Positions 52,967-64,000 of a DNA stretch of 64,000 nt are shown in pieces. Each line of letters begins with the position of its first letter. Within the stretch, counting starts at the first letter, position 1. The DNA is from Octopus vulgaris (lineage: Eukaryota): assembly GCA_951406725.2 (NCBI GenBank), contig OX597818.1:124434001-124498000 (forward strand). Reading direction: 5' to 3'. The notes under the pieces are model-generated. The model searched no databases. It saw only the letters and a program-made list of their open reading frames with translations, and was not told where the DNA came from. A program made the position numbers and the translations under genes.

Positions 52967-53764
52967 ATTTCATTTAATGTCCATTCTCCATGCTGACATG
53001 ACTCTGATATCTGCATACATTATCGGAATGTGTAGTTGTGTATATATATATATCGCCTTCACCTTCAAAACGTAGAGTAGATGAAACCATGGCGACTGAA
53101 GAAGGGGTTTTTTCCTTGTGTTATTTGTCCTGTACTCTTTTTTTGTTGTTTAAGAAGAATGTCCAGTTCCTTGTGTTTGTGTCTATGTTTTCGTTTCTCA
53201 TTGTGTTCGACATTTTTTTGGTGTCCTGTACTCATATATGCGTGTATATATACATGTAGAGGTAGGTACGTACATATATGTACATATATATGCATATGTT
53301 TTATTTATTAATATATTATATATATATATATATATATGTTTGTGTTTATGCATGTATCTGTGTCTGTGTCACTGAGAGTAGACAGCTACTATTTTTAGCA
53401 TAAGACAGATTTTAGACCCTTCTTTCTGTTTTTTTTTTTTTTCTTTTTCCATATTTCTTTCTTGTCAGTGTTGATGCTGCTGTTATAGTTATTGTCTTCA
53501 GTGATTAGATGTTTTCCAGGAATTATTCTACATTGTTTTTCTGACCAAAATCTCTCAGGAAATAGTTATGAATTAACAATAATCTTTCTGTGTGGGAGGT
53601 AATCTTTTTTTTACTTTCTATTTTTTTTTGTATTTATCATATTTGTTGGTAGCTCAACAATAGAATGGCAAAATGCAGTGGAGCATTGGTCAAAATATCT
53701 TACAGTGTTTAGTCACAGCCTTTTAAGTTCTGAGTTCATATTCCACCTTGAATAAAGCTGACTG

Positions 53765-53952
53765 CTCAGCATTACCTGATTAAGATTTCCCAGTTTTGCT
53801 TGAGTAAACTTGTGCAGCATTATTTGCTTGAATAAGCCTGTGCTACAATACTTGAGTAGACTAACTCAGCTCTGCTTTAGTAAGCCTTCTCAGCTTTGCT
53901 GCTGTAAGCTTGCTCAGCTTTGCTTCAATAAACCTGCTTAACTTTACTTAGG
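53765..53952. repeat. Degenerate ~24-bp tandem repeat, partly duplicated at 55163-55283
   Basis: Units like GCTTTAGTAAGCCTTCTCAGCTTT; shared lead TCAGCATTACCTGATTAAGATTTCCC. Confidence 0.65.
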
Positions 53953-54596
53953 TGTAACCCTTTCCTTTGCTTATGCAAACATAAGTAAGAAATATGACAC
54001 TATGAAAGTAAAAGAGACCAGCAAATACAAATGATCTGAAGTGAATGAAAAGGAATTAGTTGAGGAAATATTGAGTACATCCGAACTGAAAGAGCTCTAG
54101 AATAGCAACAATTTTGATGCGTCCTGCAGCACAGGATAATATAAACTAATAGATTATTATTTCTGTGTAGGTGTTTACTGTAAAGTTAATCAAAGTGCAT
54201 GCATCATTAGTTGTTCTTTAATTTGTTTGATCCATTTAATCACATTTCATAGAAACATTTGGCTCCTCTCAATTGCAGTATTTTTCATTGTGTTTTAGCA
54301 GAATTGTGTGTGTGTGTGTGTTTGATGCTATGAAGGGTAAATGGAAAATTGGCCACCATATACATGTATGTATGCATGTAAGTTTATTTCTATGTGTCTG
54401 TGTATGCATATGGTGAGCCCTGAATGATTATAGCCAATTGGAATCCACTAAAGGAACTCAAGCACTATCTGGTGGTCTATTGTAAATGAATAACAGAGTA
54501 AGTCTGTCACCTCACAACATGATCTGTACCTCTAATCAGCTTCTACAGAGATTCCATCTATCAAATTTCACTCACAAGAATTTTATCTACCCAAAA

Positions 54597-54941
54597 TGGA
54601 AATTGCAGCTGTGATACCAGTGCCGGTGGTACGTAAGAGAACCATCCGAACGTGGCCGTTGCCAGCACCGCCCTGACTGGCCTCGTGCCGGTGGCATGTA
54701 AAAAGCACCATCCGATCGTGGCTGTTGCCAGCCTCGTCTGGCACCTGTGCCGGTGGCACGTAAAAAGCACCCACTACACTCACAGAGCGGTTGGCATTAG
54801 GAAGGGCATCCAGCCGTAGAAACATTGCCAGATCAGACTGGGCCTGGTGCTGCCTTCTGGCTTCCCAGACCCCAGTTTAACCGTCCAACCCATGCTAGCA
54901 TGGAAAGTGGACGCTAAACAAAGATGATGATGATGATGATA
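54597..54941 (+). mobile_element. Family C long 3'UTR fragment
   Basis: Matches 25140-25512. Confidence 0.88.
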
Positions 54942-55557
54942 ACTAACACAAAAGGAACACAACAAAAATTTCACACAGTTAAATAAAATCTACAACCTTA
55001 GCCATACAACCATGCCTGCATCACTGAAGCTGTTATAAAACCTGTAGTTTTGATATATGTGCTTTGTAAAGACCACTAATTCTTTGTAAGTACCTTGGGA
55101 AAGGAAAATGCAAGGGGAGTCAACCTTAACAGAAAATCAAGGGGTGTAGTCCTTCGGGTTATCAGCATTACCTGATTAAGATTTCCCAATTTTGCTTGAG
55201 TAAACCTGTGCTATATTACTTGAATAAACTAGCCCAGCTCTACTTGAGCAATGCTGCTCAGCTGTGCTGCAGTAATCTTGCAGGGCAGAATCATTAGCAT
55301 GCTCAGTAAAATGCTTAGTGGCATTGCATCCATCTTTATGTTCTGAGTTCAGATTTAAGGAAAGGCCACTATTTGAGCTAATACAGTCAAGTACCTGGTG
55401 TCATTGCAGGTGTTGCTGTAAAAACTCAAAGGCTTGAAAGAGAAGCCATAAGACGCCTTTATCCAACCCTCCAGCAATTTGGTCAACTCACCACCCTGGA
55501 CTAGTACTTTTTATTGACCCTCAAAAGAACAAAATAGAAGGTTGACCTTGGTTGGAT

Positions 55558-55865
55558 TTAGGGCATCTTGGCGTTAGGGAGGGCATTTGGCGTTAGGAAG
55601 GGCATCTGGCGTTAGGAAGGGCATTGGCATTAGGAAGGGCATCTTGGCGTTAGGAAGGGCATTTGGCGTTAGGAAGGGCATCTGGCGTTAGGAAGGGCAT
55701 TGGCGTTAGGAAGGGCATCTTGGCATTAGGAAGGGTATCCAGCTGTAGAAACACTGCCAGATCAGACTGGAGCCTGGTGCAGCCTTCTGGCTTCCCAGAT
55801 CTTCGGTCGAATCGTCCAACCCATGCTAGCATGGAGAACGGACGTTAAACGATGATGATGATGAT
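55558..55865 (+). mobile_element. Family C tail preceded by about 9 tandem copies of its own 18-20-bp segment
   Basis: (TTGGCGTTAGGAAGGGCATC)-like units 55558-55740, then the normal C tail. Confidence 0.88.
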
Positions 55866-56175
55866 CATCATCATCATCATAGAGAATTTGAACAAATACC
55901 ATGAAAATACCATTCTACCTAAAACGCTAACAACTCTGCTAGTTCACCCATACAGCCTGATCAATAAAAACTATACATTCTTCTCATAAATTGAACTGAC
56001 TAAAACATATAGCTGAAAGTATCTTAGTTGTTGATTTGATGTATTTTTATTTTTAAAAAAAAAATGAGAAGACAATATGGAATATGGTAGTGAGATACCT
56101 CAGGGAATTCTATGAAAGCTCGAATGCATTAATACTTTCTGTTACGTTATTTCTTACTATTGTAACTAAAAATCG

Positions 56176-57240
56176 GTGGTGATGACAGTTGCATTGTTGC
56201 TGTTGATGATAATGATGATGATGCTGTTGATGATAATGATGATGATGATGGTGATGAGCATGATCATGACGATGATGGTGGTGGTGGTGGTGGTGTGGTG
56301 GCGATGACGGTGGCAGTATTGGAGGAGGAGGAGGAGGAAGAGGTGGTGGTGGTGGTGGTGATGATGAGGGGATGGAGGAGGAGGAAGATGGTAATAGTGG
56401 TGGAAGTTGACAGTTGCAGTGGTAGTGATGGTGGTTGTGGTGGTGGTGCTGGTTGGTGGTGGTGGTGGTGGTGGTGTGGTGGCGATGACGGTGGCAGTAT
56501 TGGAGGAGGAGGAAGAGGTGGTGGTGGTGGTGATGATGAGGGGGTGGAGGAGGAGGAAGATGGTAATAGTGGTGGAGGTTGACAGTTGCAGTGGTAGTGA
56601 TGGTGGTTGTGGTGGTGGTGGTGGTGGTGGTGGTGGTGGTGGTAGTGGTGTGGTGGCGATGATAGTGGCAGTATTGGAGGAGGAGGAAGAGGTGTGGTGG
56701 TGGTGGTGATGATGAGGGGGTGGAGGAGGAGGAAGATGGTAATAGTGGTGGAGGTTGACAGTTGCAGTGGTAGTGATGGTGGTTGTGGTGGTGTGGTGGC
56801 GATGACGGTGGCAGTATTGGAGGAGGAGGAAGAGGTGGTGTGGTGGTGATGATGAGGGGTGGAGGAGGAGGAGGAAGATGGTAATAGTGGTGGGGGTTGA
56901 CAGTTGCAGTGGTAGTGATGGTGGTTGTGATGGTGGTGGTGGTGGTGGTGATGACAGTTGCATTGTTGCTGTTGATGATAATGATGATGATGGTGATGAG
57001 CATGATCATGACGATGATGGTGGGCAGTGATGGTGGTGGTGGTGGTGGTGGTGATGATGAGGGGTGGAGGAGGAGGAGGAAGATGGTAATAGTGGTGGGG
57101 GTTGACAGTTGCAGTGGTAGTGATGGTGGTTGTGGTGGTGGTGGTGGCAGCGGCGGCGGTGGTGGTGTTATTGTTATTGTTGGTGGTGGTGGTGGTGGTG
57201 ACAGTAAGAATGATTAGACTGATGATGATGATGAAGACAG
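56176..57240. repeat. G-rich higher-order minisatellite built from GGT/GGA/GAT triplets
   Basis: Block ending GGAAGATGGTAATAGTGGTGG..GTTGACAGTTGCAGTGGTAGTGATGG repeated 5 times, roughly 150-220 bp apart. Confidence 0.9.
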
Positions 57241-57628
57241 TAATAACACAATCAACAAACAAACAACAAACTAAAAGATGCACAACTGTGGTTCGTTTCT
57301 TGCTTTTGCTGCTTCTTTTTCTTCCTGAATGTTTCTTATCCAGTTTTCGTTTACCTTGATAAAAAGGTAAAGAAACTGTAGATTTCGGGGTTTTCTTTTT
57401 TTTTTGTCAGTGATTTAATCAGAGGGAGAATGTCAGTGTCCATGTCCAATTTTGGGGTTTTTCAGACTGCCAAGAATACAAGGAAGTGTTCAAATCATTC
57501 AAAGGTCAACTTTGCCTTTTTGTTCCTTCAGGGTCAATTAAAATTACAGTACCGGTCAATGTAATCAACTAAACGCCTTCCCTAAATATGCTTGGCCTTG
57601 TGCCAAAAGTTGAAGCGATCATCACCAA

Positions 57629-57682
<54 letters not shown>

Positions 57683-57717
57683 AATCATCATCATCATCAT
57701 TACTATTATTATCATTA

Positions 57718-58137
57718 AGGCAATGTGCTGGCAGAATCATAAGCGTACCTGGCAAAATGCTTAGCAGAATTGCATACATCTTTACATTCTGAGTTCAAAC
57801 TCTGCCAAAGTCAACTTTGCCTTTCGTCCTTTCGGGATTGATAAAATAAGTACTAGTTGAGCACTAAGTGTTTGTACCATTCTATCAGCTTGCCACCTTA
57901 AATAATAATAATAATAATAATGGTTTAAAATTTTGCCTCAAGGGCGAAAATTTTGGGGGAAGGAGAGAATCGATTACATCAACCCCAGTGTCTAACTGGT
58001 ACTTATTTTATTGACCCTGAAAGGATGAAAGGCAAAGTCGACCCCGGTGGCATTTGAACTCAGAACATAAAGTTGGTCGAAAAACCACTAAGCATTTTGT
58101 CTGGTGTTCTAACTATCCTGCTAGCTTGCCATCTTAA
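57718..58137. mobile_element. Tail-to-tail pair of family B SINEs
   Basis: + copy 57718-57870 and - copy 57920-58137. Confidence 0.8.
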
Positions 58138-58151
58138 ATTATAATTATAAT

Positions 58152-58184
<33 letters not shown>

Positions 58185-58388
58185 TTAACGTCCGCTTTCC
58201 ATGCTAGCATGGGTTGGACGATTTGACTGAGGTCTGGCAAACCAGACTCCAATCTGATCTGGCAGAGTTTCTACAGCTGGATGCCCTTCCTAACACCAAC
58301 CACTCCGAGAGTGTAGTGGGTGCTTTTACGTGCCACTGGCATGAGGGCCAGTTTGGTGGTACTGGCAACGGCCACGCCCAAATGGTGC

Positions 58389-58428
<40 letters not shown>

Positions 58429-58572
58429 TAAAAACAATAAAGATGTCTTATTTTTTCTCATTATCTCCTCAATCAATTAGTTTTATGTACACATATATAT
58501 ATATATATATATTGGTAAAAATGGTAAGATAACAAAAGAAAGAAAGAGACCTCAATATTATGTAAATAGAGG

Positions 58573-58754
58573 AAATTTATCTATAAAATAATATGTTACA
58601 ATTACTCAATAGTCAAGATAAAACCCTGAGTTTCAGATGCCGAAGTGGAAATCCCGAAGAGATGGTGTTGTGGATTTCCACTTTGGCATCTGAAACTCAG
58701 AGTTTTATCTTGACTATTGAGTAATTGTAACATATTATTTTATCGATATAATTT
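58573..58754. repeat. ~80-bp near-perfect inverted repeat containing a degenerate HHR
   Basis: Arms 58573-58654 and 58672-58754; CCGAAGA-GATG...CATC-T-GAAA-CTCAGAG-TT across the loop and right arm. Confidence 0.8.
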
Positions 58755-59747
58755 ATATATAGATATTTGAACACTTTTATACAAATGGCCTTTATCTGTC
58801 TATCTCTCTCTCCCTTTCTCTACTTCTCTATTTCTCTTTCTCTTTCTCTCTCTCTCTCTCTCTCTCTGTTTCTTTCATATTTTTAGGTGGGGTTTTTGAA
58901 GAATTTAAATATTGGTTAGACAATGCACCTTCTTCTGAATTAAATATTAAGATATAAGTAACAAAAAGTGTTCACCCCACAGTAAACGAATACCAGAGAA
59001 GTAAAGATTAAAAAAAAAAAAATAATAAAGTAGCATTAATATATTTATCATCATCGTCGTCATCATCATCATCATCATTATCACTGCCACCACTACCACC
59101 ATCATCATCATCATCATCATCATCATCATTCTACATGCATTTTTTTTTCTTTACTGGAATGGGTTGGATGGGTCTCATTGTATCTTACTGTGTCCTTTAT
59201 CGTCTGTCACACACAGCAACAGATAACACTGGCCTTTGTTATTGTGCATATCATATCTTAATAGCTTAGGTTTTACAGCTGAATACTCTTCCTATCACCT
59301 AACCTTTTACAGCATGGAGTGGATATAGTTTTACCATAAAACTATTTTAAAGGTTGGTTGTCTGCAATAGAGCTAAAATGTCTTTCTTACTTTGTAGCTG
59401 TATTTCCGGAGTTACCATGCTTCTAAATGGGTTGCTTGCACCAGGGCTGACTAAATACATATTTCTTCTGTTAGTTTGTTAAATTTCTACTTCTTTTACT
59501 TGTTTCAGTCATTGGACTGTGGCCATACTGAGGCTCCACCTTGAACGGTTTTTAATGAGCAAATCAACGCCAGTATTTTTTTTATTTTTAAACCTAGTAC
59601 TTATTCTCTCAGTCTCATGTGCTAAACCACAAAGTTATGGGGATGTAAACAAACCAGCACCAGTGGTAAAGCAGTGATGGACAACAAGCACAAACACAAC
59701 ACACAGACATATACATACCTTCATACATATATACTTTAAAAAAATTT

Positions 59748-59973
59748 TTTTTATTGCCCACAGGGGGCTAAACACAGAGGGGACAAACAAGGACAGACAA
59801 AGGGCTTAAGTCAGTTACGTCGACCCCAGTGCATAACTGGTACTTAATTTATCGACCCCGGATGGATGAAAGGCAAAGTCGACCTCGTGGGAATTTGAAC
59901 TCAGAACGTAACGGCAGCCGAAATACCGCTAAGCATTTCGCCCGACGTGCTAACGATTCTGCCAGCTCGCCAC
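59748..59973 (-). mobile_element. SINE family B, tail variant ii
   Basis: Matches 13798-14026. Confidence 0.88.
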
Positions 59974-60591
59974 CCAAAAACAGATACATACATACACATG
60001 CACACATACACACACACATACATATCTTTTTCTTTCGCTTGTTTCAGTCATTAGACTGTGACCATGCTGGGGCACCACCTTTTAGTCGAACAAATCAACT
60101 CCAGTGCTTATATTTCTGTCAAGCCTGATACCCATTCTATCAGTCTCTTTTGCTGACCTGCTAAGTTACAGGGATGTTAGCCTGCTTGCCTAGCCTGTAG
60201 CAGGGAGGATGGCAGGGTGAGGACATCATTCAAAAGCTATAACAATGTGAGGAAGCCCATTGTGGCAACCAGCATATAAAAACATCTTGTAGTCTGGTCA
60301 ATGCAGTGATACATACACACACACATTTCCATATGCTATTCACTGAACCATTAAACATATACAGTATTTATTTTTAACCTTCTTAATTGCTACAAATAGT
60401 CACATTACACATTCATACATATATATTTATTTTATGTTGCAGCTTGAGAAGAGCAGCATCAATTGATTCCTAGTCTCCAATGGGTTAATCATTGGTTTAT
60501 CATAGGTTCACTGCGTTTCCGTCGATAAGACTAACAAGGGTGTGTCACTATTTGTTTTGTTTCTTTTTCTTCTTGATATACATTAACAAAT

Positions 60592-60999
60592 GAGGAGTGA
60601 CTGTGTGGTAAGTAGCTTGTCTACCAACCACATGGTTCGGGGTTCAGTCCCACTGCGTGGCACCTTGGGCAAGTGTCTTCTACTATAGCCTCGGGCCGAC
60701 CAAAGCCTTGTGAGTGGATTTGGTGGACGGAAACTGAAAGAAGCCCGTCGTATATATGTATGTATATATATATATATGCGTGTGTGTGTTTGTGTGTCTG
60801 TGTTTGTCCCCCTAGCATTGCTTGACAACCGATGCTGGTGTGTTTATGTCCCCGTAACTTAGCGGTTCGGCAAAAGAGACCGATAGAATAAGTACTGGGC
60901 TTTCAAAAGAATAAGTCTCGGGGTCGAGTTGCTCGATTAAAGGCGGTGCTCCAGCAAGGCTGCAGTCAAATGACTGAAACAAGTAAAAGAGTAAAAGAG
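60592..60999 (+). mobile_element. SINE family A
   Basis: Full family A consensus. Confidence 0.92.
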
Positions 61000-61951
61000 T
61001 GTGTGTGTGTTTGTATGCATGGCTGTATGGTTAAGAAGCTTGCTTTACTGCCGCATAGTTTCAGGTTCAGTCCCACTGCATGGCAACTTGTGCAAATATC
61101 TTCTGGTATAGCCTTGGGCCAGTCAAAGCTTTGTGAGTGTATTTAACAGATAGAAACTGAGAGACACTCACTAGGGTGCACACGCGCATGTGTGTTTGTG
61201 TGTGTGTGTGTGTGTATGTGTATGTATGTGTGTGTGTGTGTGATTTTTGTGAGTCTCTGTCTTGATATCACACAATTGTTGTAAACAAGCGCCACAAGCA
61301 ATGTCTTGTTGTCAGTCTTCTGTGAAAACATATTTGGCCTTGGGAAAATATCACTTTCAGATTTTGGCACAAGGCCAGAAACTTTGAGTGAAGGGGTAAG
61401 TTGATTACATTGAGTCTCAGTGGCCAACTGGTACTTGTTTTATCAACCCCATCAAGATGAAATACAAAGTCGACCTTGGTGGAATTTGAACTCAGAACGC
61501 AAACACAGACAAAATGCCATTAAGCGTTTTGCCCAACACACTAATGATTCAGCCAGCTCGCCACCTTCGTCTTGGGGAAATATTACCTTGCTTTGCGACA
61601 GGTGAGGGTTAGCAACAGGAAAGGCATCTGACCATAGAAAACCTGCTTTAATTAATTCCATATGAATCATCCTAGCCTGGAAAAGTGGATATTAAAATGA
61701 TGATGACAATGATGATAATGATGATGATAGACATAGATACATTTTAAAATTTCTTATTGTATATTCCTTTGTATAGAATTTTTTTTAAAGTCTTTTCCGA
61801 GGTATTTTAGTCAAAGAGAATTTAATGTAAAAAATATGAAACTTGAAGGTTTTGCCACTGTAACCCCATTCCTTCCTTTGCCTGTTTTCTCTATAAGCAT
61901 TGACCTACGTAAGTTCAAGCCACTCAGTCAACATCTATGATATCAAAAAAG

Positions 61952-62192
61952 GTCCTTCTTAAGCCTTAGGCTCATAAGGCTGGTTTCCCGGATTCCGTGG
62001 TGTTTATATTCCCCTCTGGACAGGACACCAGTCCATCACAGGTTTATTTATTTTTGCCAGCTGAGTGAACTGGAGCAATGTGAAACGAAATATTTTGTTC
62101 AAAAACACTATGCATCACCCGGTCTGGGAACTGAACCCGCAATCTCACAATCATAAATGCAACACCCTAACCACTTAGCCACGTGCCTCCAC
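61952..62192 (-). mobile_element. tRNA-derived CORE-like SINE (family G)
   Basis: Minus strand GTGGAGGCACGTGGCTAAGTGG...GGTTCAGTTCCC, CORE-like TTTCACATTGCTCCAGTTCACTCAGCTG, tail CCTGTGATGGACTGGTGTCCTGTCCAG. Confidence 0.7.
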
Positions 62193-62608
62193 CTCTATGA
62201 TATAAACAGCTGCCAAATCTCCCTCGTACCACATCCTGCTGTCTTGAAAAAGAAAAGGATACATTGGATAATGTGATCCTGCATATACTCTGTTTGACAA
62301 ATGAAGACTAGAAAATTGACCTTTCACTGCCCAGAACCTTATCATCGTCATTATCATCATCATCATCATCATTTTCCACACTGCATGGGTTGGACAATTT
62401 AACAGGAGCAGGCTAGCCAGAGACTGACATCAGGCTTTAATTTTCTGTTTTGGCCTTGTTTCTATGACTTGATGCCCTTCCTAATGCCAACCACTTTATA
62501 AAGTGTACTGGGTGCTTTTTACATAACACCAACATAAGACAAACCATAGCTTAAAGCACATGGTGGCATAAATATAAGCCAACCACTTTTATACTTATTC
62601 ATAGATGC

Positions 62609-62669
<61 letters not shown>

Positions 62670-62700
62670 TGTGTGTGTGTGTGGGTGTGTATGTGTACAT

Positions 62701-62862
62701 ATAGTTTAGAAAATTAAAAGTTATGGCCAGTCTTAGCATGACCATTGGTTTGGCACCTATAAAGCGCTTAACAATAGAGGCAATTATACTGCTAAGCACT
62801 TTGCAAGTGTGAAACCAATGGTAGCTCTATGACTATCCATAACTTTCAGCTTCCTAAAAAAA
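62701..62862. repeat. Degenerate inverted repeat of the HHR 3' half seen at 51801-51860
   Basis: Right arm GTGTGAAACCAATGGTAGCTCTATGACTATCCATAACTTT; left arm reverse complement GTGCCAAACCAATGGTCATGCTAAGACTGGCCATAACTTT. Confidence 0.7.
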
Positions 62863-63071
62863 TATATTTCTGCTCTAATGCTTTAGAGTATGCTTCTTTT
62901 TCAGATATATGAACAATTGACGATATATATATATATATAGAGAGAGATATAGATATAGAATAATATATACATATATATATGTATGTTTATATATATATAT
63001 ATATATATTTATATGTATGTGTGTGTGTGTATATATATGCATATATGTGTGTGTGTGTATATATATATATA

Positions 63072-63225
63072 TACGACGGGCTTCTTTCAGGTTCTGTCTA
63101 CCAATTCCACTCACAAGGCTTTGGTCGGCCCAAGGCTATAGTAGAAGACACTTGCCCAAGGTGCCACACAGTGGGACTGAACCCGGAACCATGTGGCTGG
63201 GAAGCAAGCTTATTACCACACAGCA
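63072..63225 (-). mobile_element. SINE family A, 5' half
   Basis: Family A head and core up to the internal microsatellite. Confidence 0.85.
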
Positions 63226-64000
63226 ACACATGCACATACACACACACATCCACCATAAATTAGTAACTGACCCATTATTTTTCAATCACACTTACCATAC
63301 TTCTGCTTCTGCCATCCCGCTTTTGTCCCAGTTACCTCCTGGCTCCAACTACCTGTGTTTACCACACTTATCAGACTCTACTACATCATTTCAAGACTTA
63401 CCCCAGCTCTACGCCAACAGCAGCACCATCTATTCTCATTTTACCAATTCTTACAAGGTGAAAGAAACCTCAAAGTCAAAGAGGAGAAGGTGGAGGCAGA
63501 AAAGAATGAAATTTTTTTTTTTTAAACTTTATGTAACATTATTAAAATACAGCAATTATAGAAGACCTGGTTTTATTAAGCAAACATGATTAGTGGTGAA
63601 GATGTAAGCAGATTAGTGGAGAGATCAATAAACAAGTATTATGGTAAATTATTTGATGTTAAATATTACTGAACTCATTATTATGTTCCAATCATTAAAA
63701 ACATTAATACTGTCTCTTTTTATTTATTTAATTTTGGTCTTTAGTAAAGTGGAGAGGCAGTACTCATGGCCATTTATAGAGCCTCAGAGACAGATAGGAT
63801 GGAGGGAGATTGTTATCATCAAATGGGAGATCTGGTTCAAAAGCTTGCAATAGAATGGACTTCACTGAAGAAATCCAAATTCTGCTAATCTAGGGACTAC
63901 GCCTATGAGTTTCATACTAGGAGTTGAGATAAATCTGACAATTGTCAGAAAAAGATAATGAGTAAATATGTGTGTGAGTGTGTGAAAATAGATATATACA

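Noticed and set aside
53055-53125. Permuted hammerhead-like motif (CAAAACGT ... CTGAAGAAGGGG)
   Set aside because: Stems could not be assembled convincingly
55558-55740. CRISPR-like or telomeric array
   Set aside because: No unique spacers; units derive from the family C tail, and TTAGG is not tandem
56110-57283. Extensin-like ORFs of 265-339 aa
   Set aside because: All three minus frames are open because of repeat composition
63017-63589. 190-aa ORF
   Set aside because: N-terminal part is microsatellite plus antisense SINE A; the remainder has no recognisable domain or clear splice sites

Overview
AT-rich eukaryotic DNA, intergenic or intronic, crowded with microsatellites and retroposons. 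The SINE families look like those of octopod cephalopods (Octopus-like); this is by recognition, not a database search. I found no credible host protein-coding gene. Nearly all ORFs in the track come from microsatellites or SINEs. Supported features: at least 5 tRNA-derived SINE families in dozens of copies; 3' or internal fragments of CR1-like, RTE, L1/Tx1-like and R4/Dong-like LINEs; two Penelope-like (PLE) GIY-YIG remnants; mariner and maT-like transposon relics; hAT-, piggyBac-like and unclassified MITEs. The most notable hidden signal is a set of about 9 type-I hammerhead ribozyme (HHR) motifs: one intact at 6959-7044, one near-intact at 18776-18856, the rest degenerate. One lies directly downstream of a PLE GIY-YIG remnant and three sit in head-to-head inverted duplications. 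One is inside a tRNA-headed Pol III SINE-like element (46876-47292), a candidate Penelope-mobilised, ribozyme-bearing SINE.
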